This document shows positions 58,657-64,000 of a stretch of 64,000 nt of DNA, one piece after another (the first letter of the stretch is position 1; each line of letters begins with the position of its first letter). Both the position numbers and the translations under genes were made by a program. Under the pieces are notes generated by a model. It had not been told where the DNA came from and made no database searches. It saw only the letters and a program-made list of their open reading frames with translations. Origin of the DNA: Candidatus Dojkabacteria bacterium (GTDB lineage: Bacteria; Patescibacteriota; Dojkabacteria; B142; OLB20); NCBI GenBank assembly GCA_030583785.1, contig CP129475.1:1106209-1170208 (forward strand), in the 5' to 3' direction.

Positions 58657-60425
58657 AAATAAGTAGTATAAATATACACAATTGGCGTTCAATAGAAAAT
58701 CTTTCACTCAAATTTGAAAATTTGATGATTTTTATTGGACAGAATAATCATGGGAAATCAAATGTTTTATCAGCAATTCTATTTTTCTTTGGTGAAGTGT
58801 CATTAAATATCACTGATTATAGAAAAGGAACAAATGAACTTTGGGTTGAATTAGAGTTTGTAGATTTAGATGAACATGATCAAACACAGTTTAAAAAATA
58901 CCTAACGACATCAAAGAGTATTAAAGTAAGGAGAACAGCAAATTCTGAGAATGGAGTTTCGTATAACGGATATACTCAAATACCTAAGAATATATTACTT
59001 AGTGAATCAATATTATCTGACTATACCAATCGAGAAAAAGCACAAGAGCTTCCGTATTATTCGTTACTGCCTTCTTCGGGAAGAATTACAAAAACTTTAC
59101 TCTCGGAGGCTTTAACAAGCTATCTAATTAACAATGCTAGTACGATTGAATTCGAATATAAGCTTGAAGAAAGCGGTTTTCTAGGTGCAAAAAATATTGC
59201 ACAAGGAATTTTCGGTACAGTAATCTTTGTCCCTGCTTTGAAGAATACATTGGACGAGTTATCTACAAAAGGTTCTTCCACTTTCAGTAAACTTCTTTCA
59301 AAAGTTATAACTGAGATGTCGGAAAATAATGATAAGTATAAGGAAGCAAGAGACAAAATTAAAGATTTAACAAAGATATTAAATAAGCAAAAAGATGATG
59401 GAAACTATAATGAAGAAAGACCAAAAGAATTAACCTCATTGGAAGAGAAAATTGAATCACAATTAATTACATGGAATACTAAAATTGATATTGAAATTTT
59501 CCCACCAAATATTGATGAAATTTTTAAACTTGGTACACAGGTATGGATTGATGATGGTGTCAAGACGGATATTAGTCATAAAGGACATGGTTTGCAAAGA
59601 TCAATCTTGTTTGCATTAATTAGATCTTGGGTTGATGTGTCTCAAGCGATTAAAAAAACAGAAGAGAGTGACGAAGATTTAGGAAGGAGATCGTCAAAAT
59701 CGACTTTCTTTGTTTTAGAAGAACCTGAATTGTATTTACATCCACAAGCACAAAGGGAGTTTTTTCAAGTATTGAAAACCCTTGCTGAGGGAGAAAATCA
59801 AATAGTACTAAGCACACACTCAAGCTATTTTATCGATTTAGCGTTGTATAAATCAATCTGTATAGTTAAAAAAGAAAGCTCTACATCTCCAACGGTTTGT
59901 TTTCAATGCTCAGATGATTTACTCGAAATGGTTGAAGAAAAGAAAGCATTCAATTTAACATACTGGATAAATCCTGATCGTGGAGAACTATTCTTTTCAG
60001 AAAAAACTATACTTGTCGAGGGTCAATCTGAGAAGACAATAATTCCTTTTCTTGCTAGTAGAATCGGAGTTTTTAAACATAGCTATACAATTGTAGATTG
60101 TGGTAGTAAAACTAACATCCCACTTTATATTCACCTCCTAAATAAATTTAAGCTCCCATATGTAGTCGTGTATGATAAAGATCATCAAGAAGGCAAAAAT
60201 TCACAGGCGATTCAATCAGCTGATATCGCTACTAATGCGATAACTGAGTCAATTGATACCTCTTTAGGAATAAGCATAGAGTTAATCAATGATATTGAGG
60301 AAGAGATAGGAATTACTGATAAAAGGGCACATGGTAAGCCATTTGAAGCACTTGAGCATATCACTCACAAATCATATTTGATATCTGAGGCTTTGAAAAA
60401 TAAAATTATCACAATTTATAAATAA
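58653..60425 (+). CDS. OLD-family nuclease: N-terminal AAA_15/ABC-type ATPase + C-terminal Toprim domain
   Basis: 590 aa. Walker A 'GQNNHGKSN', Walker B/D-loop 'FFVLEEPELYLHP', H-loop 'LSTHS', and Toprim 'TILVEGQSEKTIIPF' ... 'VVVYDKD'. Confidence 0.75.
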   Translation: MKISSINIHNWRSIENLSLKFENLMIFIGQNNHGKSNVLSAILFFFGEVSLNITDYRKGTNELWVELEFVDLDEHDQTQFKKYLTTSKSIKVRRTANSENGVSYNGYTQIPKNILLSESILSDYTNREKAQELPYYSLLPSSGRITKTLLSEALTSYLINNASTIEFEYKLEESGFLGAKNIAQGIFGTVIFVPALKNTLDELSTKGSSTFSKLLSKVITEMSENNDKYKEARDKIKDLTKILNKQKDDGNYNEERPKELTSLEEKIESQLITWNTKIDIEIFPPNIDEIFKLGTQVWIDDGVKTDISHKGHGLQRSILFALIRSWVDVSQAIKKTEESDEDLGRRSSKSTFFVLEEPELYLHPQAQREFFQVLKTLAEGENQIVLSTHSSYFIDLALYKSICIVKKESSTSPTVCFQCSDDLLEMVEEKKAFNLTYWINPDRGELFFSEKTILVEGQSEKTIIPFLASRIGVFKHSYTIVDCGSKTNIPLYIHLLNKFKLPYVVVYDKDHQEGKNSQAIQSADIATNAITESIDTSLGISIELINDIEEEIGITDKRAHGKPFEALEHITHKSYLISEALKNKIITIYK

Positions 60426-60427
60426 TT

Positions 60428-61465
60428 ATGTCAAAAATCATACAGTTAGACCAAAGGCTTAAAAGAACAAAGATTACATCGTTTGAAATAGAAAATGATG
60501 TGGTTTTCAATTATTTCAATAACCTTACTGATGGAGAAAGAGATGAGAAACTACAGAAGGCATTGTATATCGGTGTATTAGCATTGATGGAAGACAGATT
60601 GTCCTCATTCTTATCTAAGACTCAAAATGAATTAGGTACAGAATTGGAAAGCCTAAAAATGATTTTTGATATGAAGAAAGAAATCTTTTTCAAAACTACA
60701 GTTAAAGGTATGTTAGCTGAAGATGATGTAGCGGAGTTCCTAAATAGTTACTTTAAAGATAAAAAACTGAAGGATCGTGCTGAACTTACTGGAACTTCAG
60801 AAGGTTTATTACCAAAGAATAAATCAGGGGATATTATATGTTATGTAGATGGAGAAGAAGATAAGAAAATTGCATTAGAGATAAAATTCGATAAATCAAT
60901 GCGACTTGGTGATATCGAGAATAAAGATGTGTTTACTAAGAAACAAGATACTGCATGGAGCCAAATAATTGAAGCAAAAGCAAATAGAGGCTCTAAAGTA
61001 GGGATTATTGTCTTTGATATTTCCTTATGTGACAATTCTATCTTGAAGTTTACGGATAGTGTTGGATTTATCGATGGCATAGGTTTTATCGTTATAGTTG
61101 ATTCACAAAAAGGTAATTATTCAAATCTTGTAATTGCCTACAATCTAGCGAGAGATATTGTTATCAATGCTAAGGAGATTGAGTTTGATTCCAAGACACT
61201 CACTCTCATATTAAAAAGAATAATAAAAGATATTGATACATTCTTATCGATAAAATCCTTAGTGGAAAGCAATATTCAAACTAATGTCGAGATATTAAAG
61301 CAATTAGAAAAAGGACTATTACAGATGGAATTTAATCAGTTATATCTTCAAAAGTTTTTAACAGACGGCAAGCTTAATGAAAAAGATTTACTTGAGTTTT
61401 ATACCGCAGAGGATATAAAAGAAAAGTTCAAAGCCATAGAAAGTGAGCTTAATAGTAAGATTTAA
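60428..61465 (+). CDS. hypothetical protein, possible PD-(D/E)xK-fold nuclease
   Basis: 345 aa. 'ICYVDGEEDKKIALEIKFDK' has the D...E-x-K spacing. The start is 2 nt after the OLD stop. Confidence 0.3.
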   Translation: MSKIIQLDQRLKRTKITSFEIENDVVFNYFNNLTDGERDEKLQKALYIGVLALMEDRLSSFLSKTQNELGTELESLKMIFDMKKEIFFKTTVKGMLAEDDVAEFLNSYFKDKKLKDRAELTGTSEGLLPKNKSGDIICYVDGEEDKKIALEIKFDKSMRLGDIENKDVFTKKQDTAWSQIIEAKANRGSKVGIIVFDISLCDNSILKFTDSVGFIDGIGFIVIVDSQKGNYSNLVIAYNLARDIVINAKEIEFDSKTLTLILKRIIKDIDTFLSIKSLVESNIQTNVEILKQLEKGLLQMEFNQLYLQKFLTDGKLNEKDLLEFYTAEDIKEKFKAIESELNSKI

Positions 61466-61482
61466 TTTTATTACTTAATTAT

Positions 61483-61713
61483 ATGCAAACATATACTAAC
61501 AGAGGCGGGGATTCGAATGTACAAAGTTTTGAAAATGGCGATGACTACATAATTGTTGAATTTGGTGGAAATGGTAGATTCACGACTTACAAATATACTT
61601 ATGCTAGTGCAGGTCAACATGCTGTCGAGGAAATGAAAGATCTTGCTTTAGCAGGTCATGGACTTAATTCATATATTTCTTCGAACAAGCCTAATTATTC
61701 CGAAAGATGGTAA
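61483..61713 (+). CDS. second KTSC-domain small protein
   Basis: 76 aa. '...IIVEFGGNGRFTTYKYTYASAGQHAVEEMKDLALAGHGLNSYI' matches KTSC. It overlaps the next gene by 7 nt. Confidence 0.5.
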   Translation: MQTYTNRGGDSNVQSFENGDDYIIVEFGGNGRFTTYKYTYASAGQHAVEEMKDLALAGHGLNSYISSNKPNYSERW

Positions 61714-62819
61714 ATGATAGCTTTATCAAGGAAAGGTCTTACTATGAAGACATTTTTGATCTTCTAACTATCGAAGAAGCGTTAAGAATAAAAAATGATT
61801 CCCCCTCATCTGATAATTCCTACTCTGACAAATTTCCGCCTGAAACAGTAAAAGCTATGCGAAAAACAGTTAATGAACTACTGTTGTTTTTTTATTTAGG
61901 TGAAAGAGTAAAGAAAAAAAAATTGTATCTTGAAAGAATGTTGTCGGAAGATAAAGAAAAACAGCAATTTTACGACTCTAAGTTTGAACCAAACAACATA
62001 TTATGCCCATATTGTAAGTCACCTTTTAAGCTGATTGATAAAACATTAGATGACTACTCTAGTTCACAAATGCAAGTGATTTTTATGTATGAATGTATTA
62101 GTTGCAAGAAAAGGTCTTGTTTCTTTTCTGATGGCAAACTTAAAACATTTCCACCTGACGAATGTTCTAACTGTAAAAGTACTGATATTTCTGAAAAGTC
62201 AGTACAAACCCCAAGAAAAACTACTATTACTGCGAAATGTAATTCATGTGGTCATATTAATGAAACTATTTACGATTTGGATGAATTAGAGCAATCAAGG
62301 ACAGAGAGAGAAAAGTACAAGAATTCAATGTTTATGACATACAGAAGTGAATTTTGCCTTGATGAAAACTCTAAAGAGTATAAATCGTACATACATAGCT
62401 TAAATTCTCTTGAAACAATGAAAAAGCTTACAGCTGAATTTGAGGGTAATAGTCATGATCCAGTTATTCCGCTAATAAAAAGTATTTCGATTAAAACAGT
62501 TATTCAATTGGAAGATATTATTAATAAATCAATAAAAGACGACGGTTATGATCGATTTGTTTTGGGAGTTCCAGTTATTGATAAAGATGTTATTATTCAA
62601 TTCACTCTTTATGATATTAAAGGACGACCTGAACTTGAATCTACATATGAGCTTAAGAGAATCATAAAGATAGCATTAACAGATACTAATTGGAGACTGA
62701 TGAGCGAGGGAATCACTTATAATCTAGGAATCTTGTCAGGTAGATTGCGAGGTTATCAAGCTGAGAAATCTATTTACGAGTTAGCAAGGCAAAAGTATAA
62801 AAAGCAAACTAAGACTTAA
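61707..62819 (+). CDS. multi-zinc-ribbon protein, hypothetical
   Basis: 370 aa with four CxxC pairs ('CPYCKS', 'CISCKK', 'CSNCKS', 'CNSCGH') suggesting two zinc ribbons. The C-terminal half has no recognisable motif. Confidence 0.4.
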   Translation: MVNDSFIKERSYYEDIFDLLTIEEALRIKNDSPSSDNSYSDKFPPETVKAMRKTVNELLLFFYLGERVKKKKLYLERMLSEDKEKQQFYDSKFEPNNILCPYCKSPFKLIDKTLDDYSSSQMQVIFMYECISCKKRSCFFSDGKLKTFPPDECSNCKSTDISEKSVQTPRKTTITAKCNSCGHINETIYDLDELEQSRTEREKYKNSMFMTYRSEFCLDENSKEYKSYIHSLNSLETMKKLTAEFEGNSHDPVIPLIKSISIKTVIQLEDIINKSIKDDGYDRFVLGVPVIDKDVIIQFTLYDIKGRPELESTYELKRIIKIALTDTNWRLMSEGITYNLGILSGRLRGYQAEKSIYELARQKYKKQTKT

Positions 62820-62874
62820 TCTTATGCAAAATAATCTTTATTAAAAAGACTATTCATCTTTGTGAAAGTAACCT

Positions 62875-63528
62875 CTATATACTATCTGCGAACTTTTTAC
62901 CCTTGTGTGTATTGTAAGTTTCAATCATTTTTCTATAACTTACAACCATAGGTGTGGTTTCACTAATTAACTCTTGAATAGTAAGTTTATTCAAAGTTCC
63001 CTCTATTTTCTTTGTAAACCATTCAATGTACGTCTCAACATCTTCCGCGAAGTATGCCTTAGCGAAGAAGTGAATTGATGTCAAATGAGAATACGCATCT
63101 GCATTTCTTACCAATAATGATTCATCGGTTGTAGGGGGAGTTTTACTGTCAGTTGCTTCAATTGCCTCACATACTGATGCTACAAATTCTGAAGTACATC
63201 CGAACTGAGGAAGAAGCATTTTAACATATTCACAGCTTCTATTTTCATGACCATCTGGGTTTGCTTCTGTTCTTTCATATACCAAACCTGCATCATGTAG
63301 TAATCCTGCAAATAAAGCTACTTTTAAGTCTGCATTTGGGTAATACTTTGATTGGAATTTTTGAATGTTCTCGAGGACAAGGTCAATATGGTTTGGAAAA
63401 AACCATTGTCTATGTAGATAGTAGAACTTAAATTTTGGCAAGCTCTCTGCACTTGGGTGAAGGTTATAATAAACCTCATATACTTTTTTAAATAGTTCTT
63501 TGTCCTGAGTGTCCATCTTTGTTAACAT
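62875..63528 (-). CDS. HD-domain phosphohydrolase-like protein
   Basis: 217 aa. 'FPNHIDLVLEN' and 'AGLLHDAGLVYE' give the H...HD...D metal-binding pattern. Confidence 0.45.
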   Translation of the reverse strand: MLTKMDTQDKELFKKVYEVYYNLHPSAESLPKFKFYYLHRQWFFPNHIDLVLENIQKFQSKYYPNADLKVALFAGLLHDAGLVYERTEANPDGHENRSCEYVKMLLPQFGCTSEFVASVCEAIEATDSKTPPTTDESLLVRNADAYSHLTSIHFFAKAYFAEDVETYIEWFTKKIEGTLNKLTIQELISETTPMVVSYRKMIETYNTHKGKKFADSI

Positions 63529-64000
63529 TTAATTTAAAAATTTCTTGTTCTTTATCGTTAGCGTATTGTACCATTTCTTTTACAATATTGTTAACTTGTA
63601 TTTCAGATAATCTCACATTGAAGTATTTATAGTAACTCTCTAAAGCCTGAAATACGAGCATTAACACACCAGAAACAGTCTTTAGTCCTAATTGATCTCC
63701 CATTTCAAGCAGTAATGTTTTAGTCGGAAAGTAATTCATTTCCTGAATAACTGTAGACTCATGCACGATATTCTTTAGCATCATAAGGCTAATTGGAGAT
63801 TCAAAGGCTAGTGGTATTTTATCAAAATAGTATTTTCCAACAGGAGTTGCATTAATAATTAGGTCATATTTGCGAGATTCAATTTCCTCAATGGATTTGC
63901 ATATTTTGATTCCTTCCATTGTACTTTTTTGAGCTATATCATAACCATATATATTCATTCCTAACATTGAAAGATAGACAGATGTTGCTTTACCTGCTCC
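63488..64000 (-). CDS. shikimate/quinate dehydrogenase-like protein, N-terminally truncated by window edge
   Basis: 'LIINATPVGKY' resembles the AroE NAD(P)-site motif. The frame remains open to the window edge ('GAGKATSV' Gly-rich loop lies upstream of the listed Met). Confidence 0.45.
   Translation of the reverse strand, partial: GAGKATSVYLSMLGMNIYGYDIAQKSTMEGIKICKSIEEIESRKYDLIINATPVGKYYFDKIPLAFESPISLMMLKNIVHESTVIQEMNYFPTKTLLLEMGDQLGLKTVSGVLMLVFQALESYYKYFNVRLSEIQVNNIVKEMVQYANDKEQEIFKLNVNKDGHSGQRTI

Larger units (their letters stand above)
27253..62819. mobile_element. putative integrative conjugative element inserted at tRNA-Gln. The left end is defined by the tRNA/recombinase; the right end is not identified and may lie beyond 62.8 kb or outside the window
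   Basis: Contiguous recombinase, CI/Cro-like switch, T4SS genes, sortase/adhesin, R-M and other defence cargo, all on one strand. The region is visibly more AT-rich than the backbone. No attR repeat was found. Confidence 0.5.

Noticed and set aside
58653-60425. Calling the OLD-family gene a Gabija GajA or PARIS AriA
   Set aside because: No UvrD-like helicase (GajB) or DUF4435/Toprim-only AriB is adjacent. Here the ATPase and Toprim are on one polypeptide and the neighbours are KTSC and Zn-ribbon proteins, so it was left as an unclassified OLD-family system.
1-64000. CRISPR array or rRNA genes
   Set aside because: No spacer-interspersed direct repeats and no rRNA-like conserved stretches were seen. 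The only short repeats are the hairpin family at 48.4-49.4 kb and the operator repeats at 29.47 kb.

Overview
AT-rich bacterial window with sortase and Gram-positive-type T4SS genes, so probably a monoderm or CPR-like lineage. It splits into two parts, a chromosomal backbone and an integrated conjugative element.

Part A, ~1-27.2 kb, is backbone.
- Glycogen/alpha-glucan utilisation cluster: a debranching-enzyme fragment, a GH15 hydrolase, a GapN-like aldehyde dehydrogenase, an unusual single-ORF fusion of phosphoglucomutase with alpha-glucan phosphorylase, and a separate GH13 amylase.
- Five tRNAs on the minus strand: Leu-TAA, Cys-GCA, Pro-CGG, Leu-CAG and Pro-GGG.
- An ECF sigma factor with an anti-sigma-like partner and a CaCA antiporter.
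- A sensor histidine kinase preceded by a free-standing paralogue of its membrane module.
- Housekeeping genes trmB, rsmI and rpmB, plus a BlaI/BlaR1-like pair, a DsbA-like oxidoreductase and Hsp20.

Part B, starting at tRNA-Gln(CTG) at 27253, appears to be an integrated conjugative element.
- Recombination and control: a large serine recombinase whose 3' end overlaps the tRNA, and a LexA/CI-like S24 repressor divergent from a Cro-like HTH with repeated operator-like sites.
- Conjugation: a Gram-positive-type T4SS (VirB4-like ATPase, coupling ATPase, VirB6-like and pilin-like proteins, an SLT+M23 cell-wall hydrolase), a 1367-aa DUF11-repeat surface protein with an LPXTG-like IAQTG sorting signal and a small sortase-like gene, and a replication-relaxation-like protein.
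- Cargo, defence island: a four-gene Type III R-M-like module (XRE HTH, SNF2 helicase, small protein, Mod methylase, Res). Immediately after it sits a tightly coupled five-gene operon, KTSC, OLD-family ATPase-Toprim nuclease, unknown 345 aa, KTSC, multi-zinc-ribbon 370 aa. It matches no defence system I know of and is the best candidate for an undescribed system here.

The window ends in an HD-domain gene and a partial shikimate-dehydrogenase-like gene. No rRNA and no CRISPR array were seen. All calls come from motif recognition in the supplied translations and sequence, not from database searches.
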